A stretch of 64,000 nt of DNA from Octopus sinensis (lineage: Eukaryota), in assembly GCF_006345805.1 (NCBI RefSeq), contig NC_043010.1:32984001-33048000 (forward strand), read 5' to 3'. Each line of letters begins with the position of its first letter. The stretch's first letter is position 1. Shown piece by piece: positions 14,666 to 27,812 of this stretch. The translations under genes and the position numbers were made by a program. The notes under the pieces were generated by a model. The model was not told where the DNA came from and made no database searches. It was given only the letters and a program-made list of their open reading frames with translations.

Positions 14666-14856
14666 AAATAACGTTGCATGCAATATCCTTGAGCTTAAGT
14701 CTACTCGACCAGGTCTAACCTGGAGCTAAACGCCGACAGCATCACCAGCCTCGCAAATATCATCACTGCCTGCCAGCCATACCAACAGCAGTAGCACCAA
14801 CATTTGCAGTACTACAATTTACATCAACACTAGCAGCACCGTCAGCTGCAGTAGCA

Positions 14857-14995
14857 CCTCCAGCTACACCAACTCGTTTTCACCCCCACCCCCTATTACC
14901 TCCAGCTACACCAACTCATTTTCACTCCCACCCCTCATTACCTCCAGCTACACCAACGCATTTTCACCCAGCCACCCCATTACCTCCAGCCACAC
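14857..14995 (+). repeat. 42-bp minisatellite, about 3.3 copies
   Basis: cctccagctacacc starts at 14857, 14899 and 14941; a variant (cctccagccacacc) starts at 14983. Confidence 0.88.
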
Positions 14996-15153
14996 CCACG
15001 CACACAACCGCCGCTGTGAACTCTTTTTCCAATATATTACAGCATTTGAATTGTGGTTGGTTGATATAGATTACAGAAATTAATGGCGCTCAGAAGCATT
15101 ACAACGAACATACACGTACAAACAAACACACACACACACACACACCACACACA

Positions 15154-15186
<33 letters not shown>

Positions 15187-15712
15187 TGTACTTTTCAACT
15201 TTTACTATTCGCTGGAGTTGCCTCTGAAAATTTCCGGTGCAACGTAGTATATGTCTGTATGTACATATTTATTTATATATATACATACATATATATATAT
15301 ATTTATATATATATATATATGATATATATACACATACATATTCTTATATATACATACATACACACGCACATACGTATAGATACATATATATATATGTATA
15401 TACAAATATATACGTACATAATAAAACGTAAACTAAAGGCTGTTGGAATTCTTTATAGTAGAGGGTTCAGGTGCGGTCTTAGGTGCACCATTTATAATAA
15501 ATAAATTTCAAAAAATCAAGACTAGGTAAGGTAGTCGTCTGAGGGTTCGTGGCAGAAAAGCTATCAAACCCTCTCTTTCTCGCTCGCTCTCTCTCTCTCT
15601 CTCCCTCTCTCTCTCCCTCTCTCCCTCTTCTTTACTCTCTCTCCCTCTGTGTGTGTTTATATATATATATATATACACACACATTGTGTATGTGTATACA
15701 TGTGTGTGTGTT

Positions 15713-15789
<77 letters not shown>

Positions 15790-15949
15790 TTGAAGAAGTC
15801 GAAGCAAAGAGTATAGATACTCACAGAACAGTTTTCGGGTAATTAAGAACTTAAAATCCAATCCCTTTATCCTTCATCTAGAGAAGGAGCCACCGGGGTA
15901 GAAAATCTAGTATTAGAACGGTCCTCGTTGAACTGCTATAGAAATAGAA

Positions 15950-17180
15950 AGGCTAAAAACAAAAGTAGGCTTAATACGTATATTTACATGGAATATGAAA
16001 TACAGAGTATGGAATAAAGAATACAAAATAAACTGAAGGTGTTATGTAACAGACTTATTTTGACAGCTGTTTCAGGTGAACTATGGCATATGCTGGACTA
16101 TGTTCATGCATAATAAAGACTTATGATGTCGTAGGTGTATGGAATAAAGTACATTCTTATACATTAATTAAATGAAGCCAAGTCAACTTCGTCGGAAGAA
16201 CAGGGCAAAAAGCTTATTTCTCAGCAGTTTTACAAATATAAAGATTTGAGATGATAAAGTAGGGGATAAGGAAAAACTAGAGAGAAAAACGGGAATAGGA
16301 GGGAAGATGAGATAACTAGAGAGAAATTAGTACAATGAAGATATCAGTTGACGGTAATTAAGGCAAAGGGAGATTCAGTGTAAAAGACAATAAACAATAG
16401 CAGGGAACCAATAAGTAATAAACCTCAATAGTATAGATAAGTAGATTCTAAAGGAAAATGTACACAGATATACACCAGTAGAGTGAGAGGATGAATTACG
16501 GCACGTTGGTAACAGAGGGAAAGAGAGAGAAGTGTGAGATAATTACAATCTGTAAAGAAGGGCAGACTAGTTCTTACAGAATTAAAATGATTTAAGGAAA
16601 TGAGAAAAGGTTTTGTAGAACTTATCTACACATAGAAATTACATAAGAAAAGCGATTTAGTAGGGAGACTGCATTGTGGCTTAATATAGCGATCAACTCA
16701 CCGAAAAATAGTTTGCATGTTTACAGATTTCCTGTGTAGCAAGTTCCACCACAAACTATGGATCAGGACAAGTTATAGAGTATGTCCTCAGCCTTGAGGT
16801 GGTTGTGTGGGTATCGATGGAGGTAGATTGCTCTGTGGTGCTTTTAGAGGAAGAGCTCAGGTTCAAAATCGATCGAACCGCTAATGTAGGCCCTGGTAGA
16901 GTGATGATTGTACATTTATGCTCAACATCATAGCGCAAGCAATTGTCAATGAAAGGGAGTTACTAGGAACTCTGTAATCGCATGTTTTCTTATTGCGGGT
17001 TAAAGGTGGTCCATTACTAACCACATAATGGTCAGTAAAGCTATTAGTCTTATTGATGAAACAAAGAGTGTTAGAGTCACAGATACTAAGATGGGGAGAG
17101 CTAGTATATTTACAATGGTGGAAGTCAGGCTTATAGCTATTGTAGAGAGGTGCACTCAATATATTCTTTTCTACTCTAGG
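15950..17180 (-). mobile_element. Highly decayed Penelope-like 3' region
   Basis: Weak GIY-YIG-like remnants (TIITLPGP.., TYSITC, NHFN), a pyrimidine-rich tail, and a terminal segment with GAAACAGCTGTC shared with 31822-31910. Confidence 0.4.
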
Positions 17181-17182
17181 CA

Positions 17183-17325
17183 CAAACCCCGAAATTTAGA
17201 TCGATCCCAGTACGCAACTGGTACTTAATTTATCGACACCGAAAGGATGAAAGGCAAAGTCGACCTGGAACAATTTGAACTCAGAACGTAAAGACAGACG
17301 AAATACCGCTAAGCATTTCGCCCAG
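17183..17325 (-). mobile_element. tRNA-derived SINE family A, partial
   Basis: Reverse complement of the family core (gttctgagttcaaatt..ctttcatcctttcggtgtcgataaattaagtacc). Confidence 0.8.
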
Positions 17326-17421
17326 GAAACATCGTTTCCAGCTGGCTGTACGACACACTATCTGCGTCCTTATATTTTCGAACAAGGGAGTTTAGCGTCC
17401 CCATACAGCTCAAAAAAGTAT

Positions 17422-17465
17422 CTGCGTACCTATGGTTTCTGGGTTATTTCTCTTCATCAGCACAG
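17422..17465 (-). ncRNA. Minimal type I hammerhead ribozyme motif
   Basis: 5'-CTGTG CTGATGA A GAG-AAATAA-CCC A GAAAC CATAG GTA CGCAG-3'. Intact core and GUA triplet; 5-bp stem I with one G-U pair; stem II has one mismatch. Confidence 0.68.
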
Positions 17466-18662
17466 AATAACTGCTCAGCTTGAGATTGGTCCACTAAACT
17501 ATTGTTCGAAATATATACTTTTCAAAGTGACACACAGCCACTGATCTAATAATTAGAAAAATATTATTTCTAAATCTCTAAACGAGAGACATTCAGTAAC
17601 AGTACTCTAGAATAAAGATTATTCTAATGGACTTAAGTTGTTTTTATTCTAAGGGCGTTTATTTACTCACATGTATCACTCATGGGTAAAGGAATTAGTA
17701 CTAATTCTACTCTCATAATTAGGTGTCAAACCAGGATTATTAGCTGTATTATAATCGCTATTATTATTACGTATTATCTTAAAGGTACTATCGATTTCAA
17801 TGTTGGAACTTCCTTCATCTAAAGTATCAAAAACTAGTTCAGGAAAATTAGCATTAGAGCTTATCTCACAATTGACCCTATCGGTTCTACTCATGTTTAC
17901 CAATTTTAAGTTGAGATCCTCCCTAATTTTACTTTTGTTATGTGCTACTGTAATTTTAGCCAAATTTCTGGTGGTTGAATAGGAAACTTTTACTCTATGG
18001 CGATTAAATAATTTCCCGTAATTATTTGAAAGCGGGAAATATTCAACCAGTGCCGCAAAGAATTTCCGAGGAATATTAGTAGTTATGTAAGATGTAATGA
18101 TGCATTATAGCAAATAATATTCCTTGATTTAGCATTTCTATTATTTACACTGACTTTTTCGTAATATTGACATTATCAACATAATTATAATTCTTAATTA
18201 CAATTCCAAAATTAGACGTTCCTTGTCATAATCTTTATGCCTAAAATTGCTCATATCTATAGATGCCTTGTTGTTATTAATGTTTATACTAACCATACAT
18301 TTAATATCTTTGGAATTAGTTCTCGGCTTATTAATATTAAAGCTCCTTTTTTTACTATTCTTATTTGTATTATCATTCTTACTATTACGTAGGTTACTTA
18401 AATAAAATTGCTTGATATATTTATTTTTATTGCACTCTCTATGAAGGCTCATCATATTTAATATCCAATCATTATCGGGAATTTTGTTTGTATTTTGATG
18501 CTGGATATAGTAAATATTGTCTTTATATCCAGCTTCAGATAATGCAAGGTTCTAGTACTTTTCACTTTGTGCAACTACAGCCTTATTAGCAGAAAGCCTC
18601 GATACATATGTTGATATATTTCTAACGATAGACTTTATGGTTTATATTTACGCACACACACG

Positions 18663-18734
<72 letters not shown>

Positions 18735-18737
18735 TGC

Positions 18738-18774
<37 letters not shown>

Positions 18775-19401
18775 AAAAAAATCTCTACACACGTAACAGA
18801 AAATATTTCTTACGTTAAGAATTTCCAGCAAAGAACAAAGTAAATATGAAAAGCAAAATCTTTACTCGGAAACTTAACAATTAGATATGATTAAGAGAGG
18901 GATAGATGCTCGAAAGTAGAAACATTGCAATTCATATAAAAATTGTACTTGTTAATTTACATTTCAACATATACTACAGTATCTATTTCTCTATGTTCAA
19001 CCCTGATTTTGTCCATCATGTTTAATTATAACTTCAAGGAATTTGCATATTCATTCGGTTTTGGGTCGGAAATTATGCAAGAAATGTTTTGTTATTATAT
19101 CGATAAGAAATATCATTTTAGACTTTTGAAAGTTTTAGCTCTTTTCCAAATGAAAGAATATATGCATTGAACCGCTTGTTTATATGTTAATGCTGTGCTT
19201 TTGGAGATACTAGAAGTGTAGACACGTCATAGATGTGGAAATACAGAGAAAGACGAGGAGGAAAGTCAAAGAGAGAGAGAGAGAGAGAGAGAGATGCTAC
19301 TGAGAATCATCATAAACCTGATTATGCTCATAGTCAATATCATCATCATAATCATCACCATCATCATCATCATCATCATCATCACTATCATCATCCTCTA
19401 C

Positions 19402-19435
<34 letters not shown>

Positions 19436-19945
19436 ACATCATCATCATTAACATCAATATCATCATCATCATCATCATGAAGTTATATATTAGAAGAACA
19501 AATAAAATAAGGAAAATGAATAAAAGAAAAGGTAAGAAGAGAAAAGTTAACACGTTAACAAAACTCATACATAGAATCAGCAGAACAACAGCAACAACAA
19601 AAACAACAAAAACAACATCAACATCTAATGCTGATAACAGAAGTGTAAGTAAATGGAACATATTTTCGTTGGGTCATTAAGGTAGACGACATTGTCTATT
19701 TATAATTTTTTCACATGTGTTTTCAGTTTTTCTTTCAGCCTTCATAAATCTACCAAATCTGTAATGGCTGACAAAAAAAAAGACAAATGTGATATGATCT
19801 GCAATGAAATTTAGCGTGATTAACAATATTGTGTTGAAGGAAGCATTCGGAATCATGCATTCTTTTGTTAATGAAGAGGGGGGAAATTTTCGTTTTTTCC
19901 ATTACAGACGCACGTAGACCTGTGTGTGTATGTGTGTGTGTGTGG

Positions 19946-19989
<44 letters not shown>

Positions 19990-20074
19990 ACATACACACA
20001 CATAAAAACGTGGTTAAGCTGGCAGAAGGTTGAGATTGTTGCATTCAGACAGAAGATACATAGATAGATGGTAA

Positions 20075-20306
20075 GGCAGCGAGCTGGCAGAAACGTTAAC
20101 ACGCCGGATGAAATGCTTAGCGGTATTTCGTCTGCCGCTACGTTCTGAGTTCAAATTCCGCCGAGGTTGACTTTGCTTTTCATCCTTTCGGGGTCGATTA
20201 AATAAGTACCAGTTACGCACAGGGGTCGATATAATCGACTTAATCCATTTGTCTGTCCTTTTTTTCCCCTCTGTGTTCAGCCCCTTGTGGGTAGTAAAGA
20301 AATAAG
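20075..20306 (+). mobile_element. tRNA-derived SINE family A, full length
   Basis: Box A-like gctggcagaaacgtta, box B gagttcaaattcc, conserved core, tail ccccttgtgggtagtaaagaaataag. Confidence 0.9.
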
Positions 20307-20364
20307 ATAGAAAGATAGATAGACAGATAGATAGATAGATACATACATACATACATACATACAT

Positions 20365-20395
<31 letters not shown>

Positions 20396-20939
20396 TACAT
20401 ACATACATACATACATACATACATACATACATACATACATAATACATACATACATACATGCATGCATGCATACATGCATGCATACATACATACATACACA
20501 CATGATGGCGCTGGTAGACTTACAGGTGTAGAGGAACATTTAAAGATGTGACTATTAATGACTTTCTTTCCACTTATGCTTACCTAATTTAGCCTAGATC
20601 CGTAACGAGTTTATTTTCTATTGCAAATATGAGGGAAATACTTTTTACTCAAAAATTAAACACTATTCAGACAAAATTATATAAAATACTTCGCAGGAAG
20701 TGGACTTTTGCTTTAATTATTATGACTAATACTGATAACAATAACACCAACACCGACACCAACAGCCTCAGCAACACGAACAATATTACCAATCTGCGAG
20801 ATATCTAAGATAGCGTAAATTTGTGAGCTGTCTAAGAAAGCGTAAGTAATCTATTTACTTCACTTTATTTTTATAGTTATATCCGGATCTATCAGAAATC
20901 TCATGAAATTTCTAGTAGGTTATATACTAAGGTGAAATC

Positions 20940-22110
20940 CATCTAAACTTAGACCCTTTCAAAGCTGGACAACTTCGATAACTGGCATCTTTCTTTGTTC
21001 AAAAATGGCTGACACAGATCGCAAATGTAATTGCAAATGCAACTTGAATAATGCTGGTTGAATACAGCCTGAGCCAGTCAAAAGCTGCCATAAGAGTGAA
21101 CGATAAAAATATAACAACACCACCGATTTTGTCTCCATTCTCATCACCACCACTAAACTTTCATATAGCTCTGTATGAAATAGATCTGAGAGAAATGACT
21201 ACAGAATATGTGCAGATTTTAAATAATTTAAAAAGGCAATTTCAGAAGTTACCCCCACACACACAGTTTTTTCTAACAGAACATTTTTGTCGTGAGTAGA
21301 AAGAAAATACGTGAAAAGTTTTTACTATATTTCTGGAGATTATGAAAATATGTGATAACGTGATACAGCGTTGAAGAGTTAATGCTTTTATCAATCTGGA
21401 AATAACATCCAGGTGCACGTGGTGGTGAAATAATTCAACGTAAAGGCAATTAGAAAACTTCAAGAAAACATTAACAACCTGCACTGCATCATACTGTTTA
21501 AAGTGAAGTAACATGAATAATGAAGTTACAGTAAACCAACATCATATAAAAATTAAACTAAAAAGTACAGTGAAGAATTCTAATAACTTCGAAGTATAGA
21601 CTCAAGGCTCACAAGATGTAAATCTGTGAATGAAGAAAAATAATATTAACGGGAAAAACTCTTCTCGAGATCTTACATAATTTTGTTCTAAAATCTGGAA
21701 TTAAAAAAAAGGGGGGAGGATCTTCACCATTCTGCATCGTAGCTGTAAACTGGAGACTGACACTATCATTTCTGAAATTGTCACTCAAGCTGGGCGTAGT
21801 CTACATAATGGAAAGATACTCGGAAGAGCCACTGAGGTGAATATTTAAATGAATTATGAAAGGTCAAATTGACATATCAAACTGGCTTTCCATAACAGTT
21901 AAATCTAATGAAATATGGGAACGTGACGGAAACTGTAGGCTCTATCGTTTGCTTGAACATTATCTACATAAGTAGTCTCAGCCAATTCCTCCAACATCTC
22001 ACCCAGTTCAACAAGGTAGTGACTATTGAGAAAATAAGTGGTAAGAAGGGAGGAGCAGCATGTGCCAAGCAATTCAAATTGATAAAAAATGTTGTTGGGC
22101 ATTAAAAACA
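20940..22110 (-). mobile_element. BEL/Pao LTR-retrotransposon pol remnant
   Basis: ORF 21905-22111: FELLGTCCSSLLTTYFLNSHY..EELAETTYVDNV resembles Pao RT (FG..SSPFLL..HHL..YVDN). Downstream similarity is weak. Confidence 0.5.
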
Positions 22111-22272
22111 TGAATGTATGAACCTCAAATTACACCAAAATGTCAGACAATAACAATTAATATCGTATTTATTGTCTCTGAAAATTATAGAATATAAAAC
22201 AACTTTGATAAAAAATTATACCTACTTTTCTGACGAAAACAATGCCGTTCTGAACATTTTGGCCGCAACTGT

Positions 22273-22383
<111 letters not shown>

Positions 22384-23383
22384 ATATATATAATATTACG
22401 CACGCGAGCGTGCGCGTCCAAAAAACACACACATGAACTCACATAGACACGCAAACAAATTTACAAGCTCACAGAAATACCCACTCAGATTCACTCACAC
22501 ACGATGCTTTATATAGTGGGATGCTGAAAGCGGCGGCGATGGTGATGTTGAATGGTAGTGGTAATAATAATGAAATAATTTTTACTCGGCAACTTGACGC
22601 AGTCTAATCTATTAATGGACGATTTCTTTTATGGATCATTTCCCTTGAGAGCTTTAGAGTGAATAGCAATTTTTGTTCATTCTTTACCAAGATATGTTGA
22701 TCTTCATAGTGAAGCAAGGTTTGGAAATGAAGCGGAAATCCCGATGACCAATGACAATGGTGATGACGCTTTCAGTGAAAAGCTTATTATAGTTAGTTTC
22801 TCGCGTTTGTTTTTATTGTTTAGATTTTTGTTGCTTTATTTTATTTTACTTCAGATTTTGTGAATAACAGAGGCATTGGCTGTTGGTTTTCAATGAACCA
22901 ATAATTGATTCACTGTAATTATGACTAACAGAATGTTCAAAGGAGTGTCTTCTGTATCTTGATTGAGAATAAATATATCAAAGGGCCTCGTTCGAAAAGC
23001 ACTGGTATATTGATTTTTCCAATGCAATCTTAACATCATTCGATGATATGTATATACATGAAAAATATACATAATTATATATTAGGATATACGTGTATAA
23101 TGCCATCTATGTATTATATTTAATGTATACACACAGCCGATAGGCCAGTTTACTGCAGTATTTGTCCTGAGATAATATCACTTAAGGACGTGCTGTGTTA
23201 AAAAAAAGCATAATATATATCAGAGAGAGACAAAAATTCATCCCAGAAGCGGCAGCAGATTATCCGATACATTTCAGCCTTTGTGGGCATTTTTATTGGC
23301 TGGCTGTGAGTATGCACTATTGAAAATTTGCAACACGGTTGAAATGTGTCTGGAGCACTTTCTGATCGCTTCTGGAACAAATT

Positions 23384-23419
<36 letters not shown>

Positions 23420-23441
23420 CTCTCTCTCCCTCTCTCTCTCC

Positions 23442-23491
<50 letters not shown>

Positions 23492-23790
23492 GATAGTTAT
23501 TGTGTTTTTAATTCAGCAAGTCCATAAGAGATACTATCTCGAGACAAATCCTGCAGTAACTAGGCTACCGACTCTCTGTGTACATTAAGTATGATTCATA
23601 GATGACTATTTTAATAAAATACTGCCTCACTCGAGTATACCAAACCTTTCTGACTTTCTGGGCTTTTTTCCACTCTTTTTCTCGCTCTGACACATTCTTT
23701 CTCCTATTTTCTCATAGAGTAGACATGTTTTAACGGACCCTGAAAGATAGCAGGATGTCGTGTATATATATATATACCAGGATGTGTATG

Positions 23791-23820
<30 letters not shown>

Positions 23821-23829
<9 letters not shown>

Positions 23830-24780
23830 ATATAAGAGAGTGGTCACTATATGGCTCACTCTAGCACCAGTTAATCCAAAAGGTTTCAACCACAAAATAC
23901 ATGTTTCCCATGAAAGTCAGTACGATTGTTAGCTCACACGGACAGGGCAAATAAAAAATAACAAAAATACAGATTATTTTGGGACAATTGTTTCGCTATT
24001 AATGAATTAAATGTAATTTTACTTACAAAATTTTACTTATTTCTTGTGGTTGAAACCTTTTGGATTAACTGGTGCTAGAGTGAGCCATATAGTGACCACT
24101 CTCTTATATTTATTTTGTAAAAATATTATAATATATTATATAATATTATAATAATCCAGGTTTCTCGGAGCACTAGGCCACTTGGTGTTGAATAGATATA
24201 CTATTAAATTAGTATCTAATTCTCTCACCCTTATTAATTAATTATAATTATGCTGCATTTATTTCTAAATGCTGTATTTGTTTTCCGTGAAAGTTTGGCG
24301 GCGCTGTTAGTTGGGGCATTTGAATTATAACGTCGGATGTAATCAATTGAACCCACGCGTATTTATCGTTATGGTAAAATCTGGCGTGTGATTGAGTGGA
24401 TTTCATCCAGATAGTTTTGGCTGACGAGCTACAAGTGGATTTTTTTGTAAGTAAAATTACATTTAATTCATTAATAGCGAAACAATTGTCCCAAAATAAT
24501 CTGTATTTTTGTTATTTTTTATTTGCCCTGTCCGTGTGAGCTAACAATCGTACTGACTTTCATGGGAAACATGTATTCTTGTGGTTGAAACCTTTTGGAT
24601 TAACTGGTGCTAGAGTGAGCCATATAGTGACCACTCTCTTATATTTATTTTGTAAAAATATTATAATATATTATATAATATTATAATAATCCAGGTTTCT
24701 CGGAGCACTAGGCCACTTGGTGTTGAATAGATATACTATTAAATTAGTATCTAATTCTCTCACCCTTATTAATTAATTAT
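23821..24780. repeat. Complex inverted plus direct duplication around a hammerhead-bearing segment
   Basis: ~23821-24030 is the reverse complement of ~24445-24650; ~24040-24245 is repeated essentially identically at ~24575-24780. Confidence 0.9.
24415..24496 (+). ncRNA. Canonical minimal type I hammerhead ribozyme
   Basis: TTTTGG (stem I) CTGACGA GCTA..loop..TAGC (stem II) GAAAC AATT GTC CCAAAA (stem I'). 6-bp stem I, palindromic ACAATTGT stem III, GUC triplet at 24488-24490. Confidence 0.87.
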
Positions 24781-24798
24781 ATATATATATATATATAG

Positions 24799-24953
24799 CA
24801 GTGGCATATGGCGGTTGTTGTAATTTTAAGCAGGGGTATAAAAAAGTTTTCCATTAACATATGCGATTAAATTAATGAGTAAGATTAATATTTATAATGA
24901 ATTTTCAATGAGTGTGCAGCGCACACCTAGCACACCCGGAATATACGCCCCTG
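24799..24953. mobile_element. hAT-type MITE
   Basis: Imperfect TIRs cagtggcatat / atacgcccctg and subterminal gcacacc repeats; no TSD recognisable. Confidence 0.45.
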
Positions 24954-25042
24954 GTAGGATGTATATATTATATATATTGAATATAACATTTGATTACTTG
25001 TTTTCTTTATTCAAAATTCGGACAGAACTTATGCGATGACCT

Positions 25043-25096
<54 letters not shown>

Positions 25097-25289
25097 TACA
25101 TGAGTTAGTGGACAAACGAAAGACGGACACTCAGCACATTTATTGGGACTTATATGTATGGAGCAAGATAGTTTCATTTAAATTACGTGCTACTTAATGT
25201 TTTAAAGCTTGTGGAGCATACCGTCGAACAGCAGACTGCCCAACGATAAGCTCCACGACCTTTTTGAATCAAAATTGTTTTGATCCATA

Positions 25290-25295
25290 TGTGTG

Positions 25296-25327
<32 letters not shown>

Positions 25328-25362
25328 CGTGTGTGCGTGTGTGTGTGTGTATGCATGTATGC

Positions 25363-25395
<33 letters not shown>

Positions 25396-25670
25396 TGTAT
25401 GTATGTATGTATGTATGCATGTATGTATGCATGCATGTATGCATGCATGCATGTATTTATGTATGTATGTATGTATGTATGCATGCATGTATGTGTGTAT
25501 GTATGTATGTATGTATGCATGCATGTATGTATGCATGCATGTATGTATGCATGCGTGTATGTATGTACGTATGTATGTATGTATGTATGTATGTATGTAT
25601 GTATGTATGTATGTATGTATGCATGCATGTATGTATGTATGTATGTATGTATGTATGTATGTATGTATAC
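25290..25670. repeat. (GT)n/(ATGT)n compound microsatellite
   Basis: Direct reading; source of the MYVC/HTYI pseudo-ORFs. Confidence 0.95.
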
Positions 25671-25901
25671 ATGCCAGTTTGATTGCTTGGCCGTTGCTCG
25701 GATGAGAAAATAACATGGTAGCTTGTACCACCCTTTCGCCCAAGGTGCTGTGAGCGGAGCTAAACCCAAAGTAGGGATTATTGACTGCATATTTAAGAAA
25801 TATATGGGTGGATTTGGTTATTGCCACATGTTTCAGCTTCAACATTAATATACAGTAGGCTTAAATACGTTGATTAGGAAAATTGTTCACATCAGTTAAC
25901 A

Positions 25902-26018
25902 TTTATCGCCATATCAGGTTGAAAACAGCGAATATGGTCTGATCACCAAAATGAAGTAACGGCGAGCCTAGTTAGTACTTAGGTTGATGATTTACTGGGA
26001 AACCTAGACACTGTTAAC
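25902..26018 (+). pseudogene. Full-length decayed 5S rRNA copy (pseudogene or SINE3-type head)
   Basis: gccatatcaggttgaaaacagc..gtctgatcaccaaaatgaagtaacggcgagcctagttagtacttaggttgatg..ctgggaaacctagacactgtt aligns by eye along metazoan 5S, including the box A, intermediate element and box C regions. Confidence 0.8.
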
Positions 26019-26024
26019 AAAACG

Positions 26025-26182
26025 TTGCTTTGTGATTAAGAAGCTTCCTTTGCAACACCGTGGTTTCAGGTTCAGTCTCACTGCGCGGCACTTTTGGCGT
26101 TTTATACTGTAACCGCGGACCGATCAATGCCTCGAGTGATTCGGTAGACGGAAACGGTGTGTAAACCAGTCGTATATGCGCG

Positions 26183-26213
<31 letters not shown>

Positions 26214-26241
26214 ATGCGTGTGTGTGTGTGTGTGCATGTGC

Positions 26242-26272
<31 letters not shown>

Positions 26273-26470
26273 TCTGTGTGTCTGTGTGTCTGTTACCCAC
26301 CACCGCTTGATGTCTCTGTAATATAAGCAGTTCGGCAAATGATTCCGATAGAATAAGTAACAGACTTTAAAATAAGAACAGGGGTCGATCTGTTCGACTA
26401 AAACTTTCATGGTGATGCCTCAACATATCTGCAATCCAATGGCTGAATCTAATAAAAGAGAAAGATGAAC
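26025..26470 (+). mobile_element. tRNA-derived SINE family B (OK-like, name tentative), old copy
   Basis: Decayed match to the 26635-27060 copy: head, internal (GT)n, gatagaataagta..ggggtcgat..cgactaa and tail. Confidence 0.75.
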
Positions 26471-26634
26471 AATAAAAAATATTTTCCAATGCGAAGAGAC
26501 AATTCTGTATATCCCTGTAAATGTGCTTCCCCGCAGTTAGTGTTCACTGAATTCCACTCAGCCCGTGCTAGAAGACATTGACCCAACTCGGTGTGCAGTG
26601 TGACCGAATGCAGAAACGCATAATTGCGAAACAA

Positions 26635-27060
26635 GCGTAGGAGTGGCTGTGTGGTAAGCTTGCTTACCAACCACATGGTTCTAGGTTCAGTCCCACTGCG
26701 TGGCACCTTAGGCAAGTGTCTTCTACTATAGCCTCGGGGCGACCAAAGCCTTGTGCGTGGATTTGGTAGACGGAAACTGAAAGAAGCCCGTCGTATATAT
26801 GTGTGTATATATATACATATGCGTGTGTGTGTGTGTGTGTGTGCGTGCGTATGTGTTTGTGTTTGTCCCTCCAACATCGCTTGACAACCGATGCTGGTGT
26901 GTTTCCGTCCCCGTAACTTAGCGGTTCGGCAAAAGAGACCGATAGAATAAGTACTAGGCTTACAAAGAGTAAGTCCTGGGGTCCATTTGCTCGACTAAAG
27001 GCGGTGCTCCAGCATGGCACAGTCACATGACTGAAACAAGTAAAAGAGTAAAGAGAGAGT
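26635..27060 (+). mobile_element. tRNA-derived SINE family B, full length
   Basis: Box A tggctgtgtggtaag, box B ggttcagtccca, ggcaagtgtcttctactatagcc, internal microsatellite, tail ccagcatggc..gactgaaacaagtaaaagag. Confidence 0.9.
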
Positions 27061-27356
27061 AAGCTTCTTACACAGCCATGCCTGAGGTGCTCTTTTATAA
27101 AGTGTTAAAGAAAACTGAAGATAAACGGTATAGTTATAAAATTTACAAATGAGAAATTCAAGAAACAAAGAAGAGAAAGCAATGAGAGGTGTTTTTGTAT
27201 TTAAAACAGCCGAGTTTTGTTTCCATCATGATAAATTCAGACAATCCAGTAGACGATATGCGGAATAATGTCACTGTAAACTCATTAACTATTAGATCGT
27301 ATAAAAGAAATTCATTATTATTGTTGTTGCTGTTGTTGTTGTTATTATTATTATTA

Positions 27357-27406
<50 letters not shown>

Positions 27407-27618
27407 GATATAAATCTAACTGATTTTTTCCTTTATTCAGTGTTGGTAATTTTGTTGTACAAATATTATAGAACGTGTATCAATTTAATCACGTTATTTC
27501 ATCAGCTTTTCCAACTACATTTTATCTATTCTAATCGCTCTCCTCACATCTCTCTCCGTTTGCTTCTCTCTCTCCCTCCATCTGTCTCTATATCTCCTCT
27601 CCATTTCTCTCTCTATCG

Positions 27619-27663
<45 letters not shown>

Positions 27664-27812
27664 TTCTCTTTCTCTTATTTCAATTGCACAGTCTCCCACA
27701 AACATATTTCATCCTTCTCTTGTTAGTTTTATCTTTATCAGCGCGTGAGTGCATAAAATATATTTATATCCAGCTTAGCTTTACTTGAGGTCGAATTACC
27801 TGCGGTTGTGAG

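Noticed and set aside
14719-15069. Open Pro/Ala/Thr-rich frame through the 42-bp minisatellite
   Set aside because: No start codon or clear splice sites; A/C-rich low complexity leaves several frames open by chance.
17560-18600. Asn/Lys-rich minus-strand ORFs as a PLE N-terminus
   Set aside because: Plausible from context, but no diagnostic motif; not listed as a feature.
25902-26018. Functional 5S rRNA gene
   Set aside because: Too many substitutions in conserved positions and no oligo-T terminator directly downstream; treated as a pseudogene or SINE head.
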